A stretch of 64,000 bases of DNA, from assembly GCA_964291295.2 (NCBI GenBank), contig OZ219754.1:1280001-1344000 (forward strand), in the 5' to 3' direction. Of the stretch, positions 9,683 through 18,849 are shown piece after piece. The notes beneath the pieces were generated by a model that was given only the letters and a program-made list of their open reading frames with translations, was not told the DNA's origin and made no database searches. The DNA is from an uncultured Candidatus Binatia bacterium. GTDB taxonomy: Bacteria > Desulfobacterota > Binatia > UBA9968 > JAJDTQ01. How positions within the stretch are numbered: the stretch's first letter is position 1; each line of letters starts with the position of its first letter. The translations under genes and the position numbers were made by a program.

Positions 9683-10636
9683 TCACTGCTTCAACCCGCA
9701 CCCTTCGAACGCCTCCCGGGTGCGCGCCTTCTCTTCGTCGGTAAGCTGGAGGAACGGTGGGCGGGTGGGGCCGCCGACCTGGCCCAGGAGTTCCTGCCAG
9801 TATTTCTGATGGGCATGGGGCTTGCCGCCCGGTCGGGTGGACGACAGCGCCTCGCGGACCGGGTTCAGGCTGTCGCGAACCTGGCGGGCCCTGGCGGCCT
9901 GGCCGTCGAAAGCGAGTTGGGTGTACTCGTGCATGCGCCGGTCATTCCGGGTCTGGAGCAGGTAGGGAGGGGACGAGCACAGGTAGAGTTGCCAGCCGAG
10001 TTCCACGATGTTGTCGAGCCACTCTTCCTCGGATGCGGTGCTGACGATGATCCGCTCCCCCGCCAGCCGCGTCAGTTCGGCGTACATGCGGCGCGGCACC
10101 GAGTATTTGATGGCCACGATGTTGGGCAGCGCCGCCACCCGGGCGCACAGTTCCGGGCTCATCAGGTAGCCGGCATCCGGATGGCTCCACATGGCGATGC
10201 CGATGTTCACCTGGTCGCAGACGGCCTTGTAGTAGTTGTAGATGGTGTCGTCCCGGTCGCTGATGAAGTGCAGCATGGGGGCGTGCACCACGATGTAGTC
10301 GGCGCCCACCGCCTCGGCATGGCGCGCCAGTTCCACCACCGTGTCGAAGTTCTGGTCGGAGCAGGACATGATGGTGCCGGCCCGGTCGCCGGCTTCCTCC
10401 ACCGCGATCACGAAGTTGCGCTTGCGCTCCTCCAGGCTCATGGAGAAGAACTCTCCCTGTTTGCCGGCAATGAAGAGCCCCTGGATCGCCAGGTCGTCGA
10501 TCCAGTGCCGGATGTTCCGGCGCAGCCCCTCCTCGTTGAACGAGAAGTCGTCGTTGAAGGGATTCATGGCCGCGGCCCAGATGCCCTTCATGTTCTCCCG
10601 GGCATGCTCCTTCGCATCGTGCCTGGAGTACTTCAT
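9683..10636 (-). CDS. DHDPS-like class I aldolase/lyase family protein (not canonical DapA)
   Basis: GKQGEF in place of GTTGE, Schiff-base Lys in IVAIKYS, TIM-barrel length. Confidence 0.85.
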   Translation of the reverse strand: MKYSRHDAKEHARENMKGIWAAAMNPFNDDFSFNEEGLRRNIRHWIDDLAIQGLFIAGKQGEFFSMSLEERKRNFVIAVEEAGDRAGTIMSCSDQNFDTVVELARHAEAVGADYIVVHAPMLHFISDRDDTIYNYYKAVCDQVNIGIAMWSHPDAGYLMSPELCARVAALPNIVAIKYSVPRRMYAELTRLAGERIIVSTASEEEWLDNIVELGWQLYLCSSPPYLLQTRNDRRMHEYTQLAFDGQAARARQVRDSLNPVREALSSTRPGGKPHAHQKYWQELLGQVGGPTRPPFLQLTDEEKARTREAFEGCGLKQ

Positions 10637-10736
10637 GGCTTCATGCCTCTCATGGGCTTCATGCCCTTGTGTGCTCCTGTGTCTTGTTCCGCCCTCCCGC
10701 TCCCGCCCTTTGCTCCTGACTCATTTCGCCCCTGAC

Positions 10737-11210
10737 TCATTTCCCGGCCAGCAGCCCGGGCCAGTTGGCGTCGCCCCTGGCGATGTTGCCGGGGATGTCC
10801 CGGGACCACTGGTCCCGCACGTTCAGGCTGTAATTGAGGTAGAGCGCCCCGTCCACGAGGCTCCAGGCGTCAGGGTCGATGGAGGCCGTGTAGCCCCGGC
10901 TCACCGCGAACGCGCAGTATCCGCCGTACCTGGGCGCGTACTTCTCGGGGTCGGCCTCGAACTTCGCCTTGTTCCCGGCGCTGGCGAATGACCAGGTGGC
11001 TCCTTTCCATTCCGCGCGGTGGGCCCGCTTGCCTTTCACCGGCTTCCCTTCGGTGTGGTAGGCCACGGGGTCGTAACCGCGGATGGCCCCGCCCGTGTAG
11101 GTGGAGAACACCGGGTCAAGGGCCGCCGCCGCTCCTGCCCAGCCGGCCAGAAACGCCACGGTGATGAGGACGTCGAGGAACAGGGCGTGTCGAATCCGCG
11201 CACGATGCAT
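10737..11210 (-). CDS. Secreted YHS-domain protein
   Basis: Signal peptide; GYDPVAY, KYAPRYGGYCA, ANWP motifs. Confidence 0.88.
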   Translation of the reverse strand: MHRARIRHALFLDVLITVAFLAGWAGAAAALDPVFSTYTGGAIRGYDPVAYHTEGKPVKGKRAHRAEWKGATWSFASAGNKAKFEADPEKYAPRYGGYCAFAVSRGYTASIDPDAWSLVDGALYLNYSLNVRDQWSRDIPGNIARGDANWPGLLAGK

Positions 11211-11961
11211 GGATGCCTCCGCAAGCTTCAGTGTGGCTGATTTTCAATTTCACCCCATTACGGGCGAGTTTGCAATACGCGCGTTGGCTGCAAAGGTGCT
11301 CAAGGTGCTGCGTTACGGTGCCGGCTGAACTGATCCGTGAACGGTGCCGCGCCGCGGCCTGAGGCGGACAGGCGCGCCGATTCCGCGGTCTGCCACCGGG
11401 TTTTCCGGCCCCACCGTCCGAAACGGCCGGAGCCGCTTCTTCCGGCTCTGCTTCGCATGGAACGGCGCGATCCGGCAGGTCGTCATCGGCCGAGCGACAG
11501 GCCGGCGACGGGATACGCCCAGCCTGGAACGAATCCGCTTTCAAGGCGATTGCCTGATTGCATGCTGCCGACCGATCATGTTGCAAGAAAACATGTTGCA
11601 AGAAAAGGCTGTTTCTCACAGTACGGTTTTCCGGTTCTCCGTCAGGTACAGGTACACGCAGGCGTGGTCACCCATCGGTGTGATCACCGGGCGTCTTGCC
11701 GCCGACATTCGCGAAGGTTGTCCGCTCCCGAGGCATCGGGCCATGAATGCCACCCGCTCTACGGGCGTGTGCAACACGCACGGCGATGGCCAAGGTCCGG
11801 GTTCGTTCCCGCCGCAATTCCGCCATGGATGGCGACGTGGTACCATGGATGGCGACGTGGTATACAGGCGAACGACGCCTTTGATCGGAGGGTCGCGCGC
11901 CGCCACCGCCTGCGGTGCCTGACCCGATTGGCCCGGACCGCCTCCACCCCACGAAATTCCG

Positions 11962-13239
11962 ATGCCCACCAACCGCCGCACGGTGTTCGCCTGGTGCCTT
12001 TACGACTTCGCCAACTCGGCCTTCACCACGCTGGTGGTCACATTCATCTATGCGGCTTTCTTCACCAGGGTCATTGCCCCGGACGAGGTGACGGGCACGT
12101 GGCTGTGGTCCCGGAGCGTCAGCGTCACGGCCATCGCCGTGGCGCTGCTGTCGCCGCTGCTGGGGGCCGTGGCCGATCGGCGCGGCTGGCGCAAGCGCTT
12201 TCTCGGGTTCTTCACGCTGGCGGCCGTGGTCGGTTCGTGTTTCCTGTACACCGCCATGCCCGGCGAGTGGGTCAAGGCGCTGCTCTGGTTCACCGCGGCC
12301 AATATCGCGTTCGAGATGGGCGGCGTGTTCTACAACGCTTTCCTGCCGGACGTGGCGCCACCGGACCGCATCGGGCGCATCTCGGGTTACGGCTGGGCGC
12401 TGGGCTACGTCGGCGGCCTCAGCGCCCTGGGGCTGGCCCTGGCGGGATTCGTGGATGCGGAGGTTCCGTGGTTCGGCTTCGAGAAGGAAGGCTACCAGCA
12501 CATCCGCGCCACCAATCTGCTGGTGGCCGGCTGGTTCGCCGTGTTCAGCCTGCCGTTGTTCCTGTGGGTGCCGGAGAGCCCGGCCGGGCCCGGCGTGCGC
12601 TCGTCGTCCAGCCCCTTCCGGCGGCTGGCGGCGACGTTCCGCGAAATCCGGCGCTACCCCGATGTCTTCCGCCTGCTGCTCGCCCGCCTCTTCTACGCGG
12701 ACGGCCTCAACACGGTCTTCGCCTTCGGCGGGATCTACGCCGCCGGCACCTTCGGCTTCACCTTCGAGGAGTTGCTGTTCTTCGGCCTGACGCTCAATGT
12801 GGCCGCCGGCCTGGGTGCCTTTGCGCTGGGCTTCGTGGACGACTGGCTCGGGGGCCGGCGCACCATCCAGATCAGCCTGATGGGATTCATCGTCGCCACC
12901 GTGACGGCGCTGCTCACCGGCCGCCGTGCGCTCTTCTGGGCCGCCGGCCTTCTCATCGGCCTGTGCGGCGGACCCAACCAGGCGGCCAGCCGCTCGCTCA
13001 TGGGCCGGTTCGTACCGGAGGGGAAGAAGAACGAATTCTACGGCCTCTTCGCCTTCTCGGGCAAGGCCACCGCCTTCCTGGGCCCCTTTCTGCTGGGTGA
13101 ATTGACCCGCTTCTTCGGCTCGCAGCGCGCCGGCATGGCGGTGGTGCTGGTCTTCTTCGTCATTGGCCTCGCGCTCATCGGGCGGGTCGACGAGGCGCGC
13201 GGGAAGCGGCCGGCAGCGGCGCCGGCGCGCCCCTCCTGA
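11962..13239 (+). CDS. MFS transporter (UMF1/Atg22-like)
   Basis: WCLYDFANSAF, about 12 hydrophobic segments, QAASRSLM. Confidence 0.88.
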   Translation: MPTNRRTVFAWCLYDFANSAFTTLVVTFIYAAFFTRVIAPDEVTGTWLWSRSVSVTAIAVALLSPLLGAVADRRGWRKRFLGFFTLAAVVGSCFLYTAMPGEWVKALLWFTAANIAFEMGGVFYNAFLPDVAPPDRIGRISGYGWALGYVGGLSALGLALAGFVDAEVPWFGFEKEGYQHIRATNLLVAGWFAVFSLPLFLWVPESPAGPGVRSSSSPFRRLAATFREIRRYPDVFRLLLARLFYADGLNTVFAFGGIYAAGTFGFTFEELLFFGLTLNVAAGLGAFALGFVDDWLGGRRTIQISLMGFIVATVTALLTGRRALFWAAGLLIGLCGGPNQAASRSLMGRFVPEGKKNEFYGLFAFSGKATAFLGPFLLGELTRFFGSQRAGMAVVLVFFVIGLALIGRVDEARGKRPAAAPARPS

Positions 13240-13882
13240 GGATCGCCAGCGCCGCCTTGACGCGGTTGTCCACGTTGAGCTTGGCGAAGATGCTGGTGAC
13301 ATGGGCCTTGACCGTGCGCTCGCTGATGAAGGTGCGGGCGGCGATCTCCCTGTTGCCGAGTCCCTCGGCCAGCAGCTCGAGGACTTCCAGTTCGCGCCGG
13401 GTCAGGCTTTTCAGCCCGTCAGCGTTCCTTGTCGCGGGCTCGGCGGGGGCCTGGGCGGCGATGGCGGCGAACTCGCCGGCGCGCGGCAGCTTGGGGTCGA
13501 TCCATATCCCGCCGGCGTGAATCGTGCGCACCGCCTGGACAAGCGTTTCGGGAGCCGCGTCCTTCAGGATGTAGCCGCGGGCGCCGGCCTTGGCCGTGTT
13601 GACGATGCTGTCCGCCTCCTCGAAAGCGGTGAGGATGGCCGTCCGGGTCCCGGGGTGGCCCTCCTTCAGTTCCAGGAGCGTCTGGACCGCATTTCTGCCG
13701 GGCATCCTGAGGTCCAGCAGCAGGACGTCGCCCCGACCCTTGGCGACGGCCGGCTCCACCTCCTCGGCCCGCGCCGCCTCCGCCGTGACCAGCAGGTTCC
13801 GTTCCCGCGCCAGGACGTGTTTCAGACCCTCCCGAAAGAGAGTGTGGTCATCCGCCAGGACGATCTTGATGGGCTCGGCCAT
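13175..13882 (-). CDS. NarL/LuxR-family response regulator (no kinase nearby)
   Basis: REC domain (ADDH, DLRMP, GYILK) plus LuxR HTH (LTRRELEV, ISERTVKAH); convergent overlap with the MFS gene. Confidence 0.93.
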   Translation of the reverse strand: MAEPIKIVLADDHTLFREGLKHVLARERNLLVTAEAARAEEVEPAVAKGRGDVLLLDLRMPGRNAVQTLLELKEGHPGTRTAILTAFEEADSIVNTAKAGARGYILKDAAPETLVQAVRTIHAGGIWIDPKLPRAGEFAAIAAQAPAEPATRNADGLKSLTRRELEVLELLAEGLGNREIAARTFISERTVKAHVTSIFAKLNVDNRVKAALAILRRGAPAPLPAASRAPRRPAR

Positions 13883-13955
13883 GAGGGGACACTATTTCTT
13901 CCCGGCAGTCCGGATGTCAACGTTGGACGCCGTGTGCGCCCGCCTCCGGCGGAGT

Positions 13956-14927
13956 CTACAGAAAGGCGTTGCCGGCATGGTCGCAGAACGCGTCGGCGTC
14001 ACGGATGTAGCCCATGACGGTAGCAGGGCTGGTATGGCGGGTGACGGCCATGATCTTGTCGAGCCGGGCATGGTGGGCCGCCGCGCTGGTGACGAAACCC
14101 GCTCGCAACGAATGGCCGGACAGCTCTTTCGGATTCAGGCCGATGGCTGCGCCGTAGCGCTTGACCAGGCGCGGGATATCCGAGTGGTGCAGCGGCCGTT
14201 CCTGCACCGAACCGCCCCGTTTCATCGACCGGAACAGCGGCCCGCGCGTGATGCCCGACACCGACAACCAGGCTTGCACGCGGGCGATGGGCCTGACCGT
14301 TCTCCCTTCCGGGACCGCGATGCGCTGACCTTTGCCGTTCTGGTCGGTCTTGGAGCGGCGGACGACAAGCAGCATACGCTGGGGTTGGCGCCGGGTTGAC
14401 GGGAGGATCATCACATCGGCGACGCGCAGCGCACACAGTTCGGAGCGGCGCAGGGCGGCCGCGAAGCCGAGTGCCAGCACGGCCGCGTCGCGCCTGCCGA
14501 TTACCGAGTCGGGACAGCGCGCCAGCATGGCCGCCAACTCCCCCTCGCGCAGCGCCCTGACCCGCCGCGGTGCGGCGCTCGCAAGGCGGCTCAAGCCCTG
14601 GAGGGTTGCCCGAACGGTGGGGTGACGGGTGGGAGAGGGCATGCCGGCGTCGCTGAATCGCCTGGCGATGGCGCTGCTGTAGAGGAAGACCGTACCCATG
14701 GACAGCGGGACGCCGCGTCCCGAACGGGGACGCATGGCGCAGTCCAGGAGAAAGCGGGCGACGGTCTCCGGAGAGACGGAAAGCGGATCGGCGATCTTTT
14801 CCCGCGCGCAATACGTGGCGAAACGGGTCCAGCCCTTTGCGTAGGCCAGGCGCGTGTTCGGCGCGATGGCGGACGACAGGACAAGCTGGTGAATATCGGA
14901 TTGGTGAATATCGCATGTGTTCGGCAT
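13956..14927 (-). CDS. Tyrosine recombinase/integrase, Cre-like
   Basis: N-terminal core-binding region (APNTRLAYAKGWTRF); catalytic residues R (LRRSEL), K (RSKTDQ), HxxR (HSLRAG), H (TRHTS), Y (MGYIR); start codon uncertain. Confidence 0.92.
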   Translation of the reverse strand: MPNTCDIHQSDIHQLVLSSAIAPNTRLAYAKGWTRFATYCAREKIADPLSVSPETVARFLLDCAMRPRSGRGVPLSMGTVFLYSSAIARRFSDAGMPSPTRHPTVRATLQGLSRLASAAPRRVRALREGELAAMLARCPDSVIGRRDAAVLALGFAAALRRSELCALRVADVMILPSTRRQPQRMLLVVRRSKTDQNGKGQRIAVPEGRTVRPIARVQAWLSVSGITRGPLFRSMKRGGSVQERPLHHSDIPRLVKRYGAAIGLNPKELSGHSLRAGFVTSAAAHHARLDKIMAVTRHTSPATVMGYIRDADAFCDHAGNAFL

Positions 14928-14953
14928 TGCGGACCTGATACTGTGCGGGACGA

Positions 14954-14987
14954 GGTTTATCAAACCAGCGGGTTTATCAAACCGGCG
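14954..14987. repeat. Tandem pair of 13-bp quasi-palindromes GGTTTATCAAACC upstream of the recombinase
   Basis: GGTTTATCAAACC-AGCG-GGTTTATCAAACC-GGCG. Confidence 0.8.
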
Positions 14988-15230
14988 CGATTCCAGCGCA
15001 GTGCGATTGCTTGTCGATTGATCAAATATCGGGCGCGACGTTATCGGCCACGGAGTCGCGCAGGGGTCACCGCATGGGCGTGGACCGTAACAACAAGGCG
15101 GTATCAGGGGGTAGGAACTCCGGAGAACGGCCGGGTGACAGGGAGTGGCGGCAGGTGGTGGCTGGCGGGAAGGTGGCCTCTTGTGGCCTCCCGGATGCGA
15201 TTCGAGAAGGCTGCCCGGGCGGCCGGCGGC

Positions 15231-15266
15231 AAAACAGGGCCGTTCCACGAAGGAACGACCCTGTTT
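15231..15266 (-). terminator. Rho-independent terminator of porin copy A
   Basis: Minus strand AAACAGGGTCGTTCC-TTCGT-GGAACGGCCCTGTTTT. Confidence 0.75.
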
Positions 15267-15292
15267 CCGTGCGGTTCCGGCGATGGACGGCG

Positions 15293-16789
15293 CTAGAACC
15301 GGTATTCGGCGATGAGGGTGAAGACGTTGGTCTTGTCGTCGCCCTTGTCCGCAGTGGCAAGCTGCTCGTTAGGCTGCTTGTGCGGACAGCCCTCGCCGTC
15401 GCAGCTGAGTTGATCCCACACGCCGTGGATCTGCATCCAGCCGCCGGGGGCGTTGTACACCACCGCCAAGCCGCTGTTGTTCCCTTCCTGGTCTTTCAGC
15501 GCGACGTTATTTCCGTACGTACCCTTCGAATCGACATCCGTGACGGAGTACATCGGGGAGAGGTAGATGCCTCCTTCCTTCTTGCTTCCGCCCATCATGC
15601 CGCTCTTGGGACCCCACAGCCAGACCTGCGCGGCCAAGCGAATCTCCGAGGCCTCGCGGTCGTATTTCATCGCTGTGTACAAACGGTTATCCGGTTCACC
15701 CTTGTAAGTTGCCAAGTGGGCGGACAGTCCGAGCCACTTCAGAGGCGACCAAGAAACGTTATGGTACGTGTAGGTGTGATCACCCGTCACCTTGCCGCCG
15801 ACATACGCGAAGTTGATCCGCTCCTGAGTCGTCGGGCCGTAAATGTCGCCCACGCCGTGGTAGAGATCCTTCATCTGCTCGTAGGTGAAGGAGTACTTCA
15901 GGCTCGATACGTCGAAGCCGCCCATCTGCGGCGACTTCGCCATGGGCTGGATGCCGATGCCGAAGGCCATGCTGCGCCCATCCCTGGACAGGATATTCTC
16001 GCCGCCTTCCCTCTTGAGATCAGGAGCAGTCGTCTCTTTGGTTTTGTCATAGGCAGTGACCGGGGTGCGGCCGTACTCATCCTGTTGATCGAGGCCGACG
16101 GCGAATGCGATGTGGTTGATCTTGCTGATGCCCATGGCGGGAAGCTTGCCCCAGTTCAGCACCAGGCTGCCGTCCTGCGATCCGCCCATGGCCAATGCGT
16201 TGATGAACGGCGAGTCTTCTGTCCGGCCATAACCGTTGTTCTTGTTGCCGTTGAACGAAGGGTTGTAGCCGTAGGCCACCGTCGGCAGCCAAGGGTTCAT
16301 CTTCTCGAAGTGGAGATAGGCGTCGCCGTCAAAGGCCACGGAGGTATTTCCGCTGAAGGTCCACTTGACTTCGTAGAAGCCCTGGTTCGACGTCACGTTG
16401 ATGTTGGGCCGAAAACGCCGGATTCGGATCACGCCGTTCTGGTAACCCATTGCGGGGTCGTCATTGGTGAGCCATATGCTGGTGTAGATCTGGAGCCGCT
16501 GCCCGAACGTGATGCTCCAGTTGTTGTCCGCCGCGGCGATGGTCAGGCCCTTGCCCGCGGAATACTTGAACGACGGCCCCTTCATCTCGGCCGCGAGGGC
16601 GCTCTCCTGGTTCCGTCTCTCCTGGTTCTGCTTCAGCTGCACCAGTTCCCGCTCCAGGGCTGCTATTCTTCCATCCACGTCGGTTTCGTCCACGTCGGAC
16701 GCCTGCACCGGCGATGCCGCGAGCACCATGCCCGCTGTCAGGACCAAGGCACTTGCGAAACCCAGCGCCTTCTTCAACACGTCATTCAT
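15293..16789 (-). CDS. Outer-membrane beta-barrel (porin-like) protein, copy A, 498 aa
   Basis: Signal peptide ending VQA, N-terminal coiled coil, amphipathic beta-strands, C-terminal AEYRF BAM-type signal, strong RBS AAGGAGGGG. Confidence 0.8.
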   Translation of the reverse strand: MNDVLKKALGFASALVLTAGMVLAASPVQASDVDETDVDGRIAALERELVQLKQNQERRNQESALAAEMKGPSFKYSAGKGLTIAAADNNWSITFGQRLQIYTSIWLTNDDPAMGYQNGVIRIRRFRPNINVTSNQGFYEVKWTFSGNTSVAFDGDAYLHFEKMNPWLPTVAYGYNPSFNGNKNNGYGRTEDSPFINALAMGGSQDGSLVLNWGKLPAMGISKINHIAFAVGLDQQDEYGRTPVTAYDKTKETTAPDLKREGGENILSRDGRSMAFGIGIQPMAKSPQMGGFDVSSLKYSFTYEQMKDLYHGVGDIYGPTTQERINFAYVGGKVTGDHTYTYHNVSWSPLKWLGLSAHLATYKGEPDNRLYTAMKYDREASEIRLAAQVWLWGPKSGMMGGSKKEGGIYLSPMYSVTDVDSKGTYGNNVALKDQEGNNSGLAVVYNAPGGWMQIHGVWDQLSCDGEGCPHKQPNEQLATADKGDDKTNVFTLIAEYRF

Positions 16790-16872
16790 GACCCCCTCCT
16801 TGGTAATCAGAGTTAACTACAACAGCCTGCAATCTGATTGGAGTTTTGTACTTTTTTCGCGTTATCCATGCA

Positions 16873-16901
16873 ATTGTACACAGGTATGGTTTTCCGCCCA
16901 A
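16873..16901 (-). promoter_or_regulatory. Putative sigma70 promoter in the spacer, pointing at porin copy A
   Basis: Minus strand TTGGGC-17bp-TACAAT in the AT-rich half of the spacer. Confidence 0.55.
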
Positions 16902-17240
16902 CATGGGCTGTAGGTGCCCATAAAGTAGTACCCAAGTCTTGTTTCCAGGATAGTCTGGCCGCATCCGGACGGCACCGGGCAAGAGCAGCGGCAGAGAGAC
17001 CGTCCTGTACCAACTGTTTCCGGCCCTGACCGAACCGGAACCGGACCGCAAGCCCCATCGGCCCGGAAACCCGGCCCGAAGGCCGCCTGACAATGCTGGC
17101 CAGCCCGGTGGAACGATTGTCGGCCTCGGTCCGGGTGACCGCATGGGCCGCATCGCTTCCGTGCATCGTTGCACCCCCTCCAGGACCACCCGAGCAGCCC
17201 CGGAAAGTCCATGATTACTCTGATTACCAAGGAGGGGGTC

Positions 17241-18611
17241 ATGAATGACGTGTTGAAGAAGGCGCTGGGTTTCGCAAGTGCCTTGGTCCTGACAGCGGGC
17301 ATGGTGCTCGCGGCATCGCCGGTCCAGGCGTCCGACGTGGACAAAAGAATAGCAGCCCTGGAGCGGGAACTGGCGCAGTTGAAGCAGAACCAGGAGAGAC
17401 AAGATCAGGAGAACGCGCTCGCGGCCGAGATGAAGGGGCCGTCGTTCAAGTATTCCGCGGGCAAGGGCCTGACCATCGCCGCGGCGGACAACAACTGGAG
17501 CATCACGTTCGGGCAGCGGCTCCAGATCTACACCAGCATATGGCTCACCAATGACGACCCCGAAATGGGTTACCAGAACGGCGTGATCCGGATCCGGCGT
17601 TTTCGGCCCAACATCAACGTGACGTCGAACCAGGGCTTCTACGAAGTCAAGTGGACCTTCAGCGGAAATACCTCCGTGGCCTTTGACGGCGACGCCTATC
17701 TCCACTTCGAGAAGATGAACCCTTGGCTGCCGACGGTGGCCTACGGCTACAACCCTTCGTTCAATGGCAACAAGAACAACGGTTATGGCCGGACAGAGGA
17801 TTCGCCGTTCATCAACGCATTGGCCATGGGCGGCTCGCAGGACGGCAGCCTGGTGCTGAACTGGGGCAAGCTTCCCGCCATGGGCATCAGCAAGATCAAC
17901 CACATCGCATTCGCCGTCGGCCTCGATCAACAGGATGAGTACGGCCGCGGGCCGGGACACGACACCGACGGGCGCAGCATGGCCTTCGGCATCGGCATTC
18001 AGCCCATGGCGAAGTCGGACCAGATGGGCGGCTTCGACGTATCAAGCCTGAAGTACTCCTTCACCTACGAGCAGATGAAGGATCTCAACTACGGCGTGGG
18101 CGGCATTTATGGTCCGACGACGCAGGAGCGGATCACCTTCGCGAATGTCGGCGGCAAGGTGCTGGGTGATCACACCTACATGTACCATAACGTTTCGTGG
18201 TCGCCCTTGAAGTGGCTCGGAATGTCCGCCCACTTGGCGACTTATGAGGGTGATGCGGACAGCGGCATGATGGCTGACGACCGCGAGGCCTCGGAGATTC
18301 GCCTGGCGGCGCAGGTCTGGCTGTGGGGTCCCAAGAGCGGCATGATGGGCGGAAGCAAGAAGGAAGGCGGCATTTCCATCTCCCCGATGTACTCCGTCAC
18401 CGATGTCGACACGATGGGCATGAAAGACCAGGAAGGTAACAATAGCGGCTTGGCGGTGGTGTACCACGTGCCCGGCGGCTGGATGCAGATCCACGGCGTG
18501 TGGGATCAACTCAGCTGCGACGGCGTGGACTGTCCGGATGAGATTGCCACTGCGGACGCGGGCGACGACAAGACCAACGTCTTCACCCTCATCGCCGAAT
18601 ACCGGTTCTAG
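17241..18611 (+). CDS. Outer-membrane beta-barrel (porin-like) protein, copy B, 456 aa
   Basis: Same RBS, signal peptide and AEYRF end as copy A, with shorter variable loops. Confidence 0.8.
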   Translation: MNDVLKKALGFASALVLTAGMVLAASPVQASDVDKRIAALERELAQLKQNQERQDQENALAAEMKGPSFKYSAGKGLTIAAADNNWSITFGQRLQIYTSIWLTNDDPEMGYQNGVIRIRRFRPNINVTSNQGFYEVKWTFSGNTSVAFDGDAYLHFEKMNPWLPTVAYGYNPSFNGNKNNGYGRTEDSPFINALAMGGSQDGSLVLNWGKLPAMGISKINHIAFAVGLDQQDEYGRGPGHDTDGRSMAFGIGIQPMAKSDQMGGFDVSSLKYSFTYEQMKDLNYGVGGIYGPTTQERITFANVGGKVLGDHTYMYHNVSWSPLKWLGMSAHLATYEGDADSGMMADDREASEIRLAAQVWLWGPKSGMMGGSKKEGGISISPMYSVTDVDTMGMKDQEGNNSGLAVVYHVPGGWMQIHGVWDQLSCDGVDCPDEIATADAGDDKTNVFTLIAEYRF

Positions 18612-18637
18612 CGCCGTCCATCGTCGGAACCGCACGG

Positions 18638-18681
18638 AAAGAGGGGCGTTCCTTCATGGAACGGCCCTCTTTTTTTATTTT
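18638..18681 (+). terminator. Rho-independent terminator of porin copy B
   Basis: AAAGAGGGGCGTTCC-TTCAT-GGAACGGCCCTC followed by a T run. Confidence 0.8.
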
Positions 18682-18849
18682 GTGACATCCGGAGCGGCAG
18701 GCTTCCGCACCGCCGGGTGCGGCTTGACGAACCGCGGCTGGTGGAATAGATCACTCACATGATGGGGATACCCATCGGCCCGCCCGGGTTGCGCGGGACC
18801 GGTGGCCGTGAAGGGCGGGAGGTCGGCCGAAAACGGCCTGGAGGAACGA

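Larger units (their letters stand above)
15231..18672. repeat. ~1.5 kb inverted repeat (15231-16813 versus 17217-18672) around a ~400 bp unique spacer
   Basis: Homology covers 24 bp upstream of ATG, both ORFs and both terminators. Confidence 0.92.

Noticed and set aside
10737-11210. Selenoprotein form of the YHS protein
   Set aside because: The motif is YGGYC with Cys, and there is no internal TGA.
15293-18611. Porin pair as a diversity-generating retroelement TR/VR pair
   Set aside because: No reverse transcriptase in the window. Differences are indels and mixed substitutions rather than adenine-specific, and both copies are full genes.
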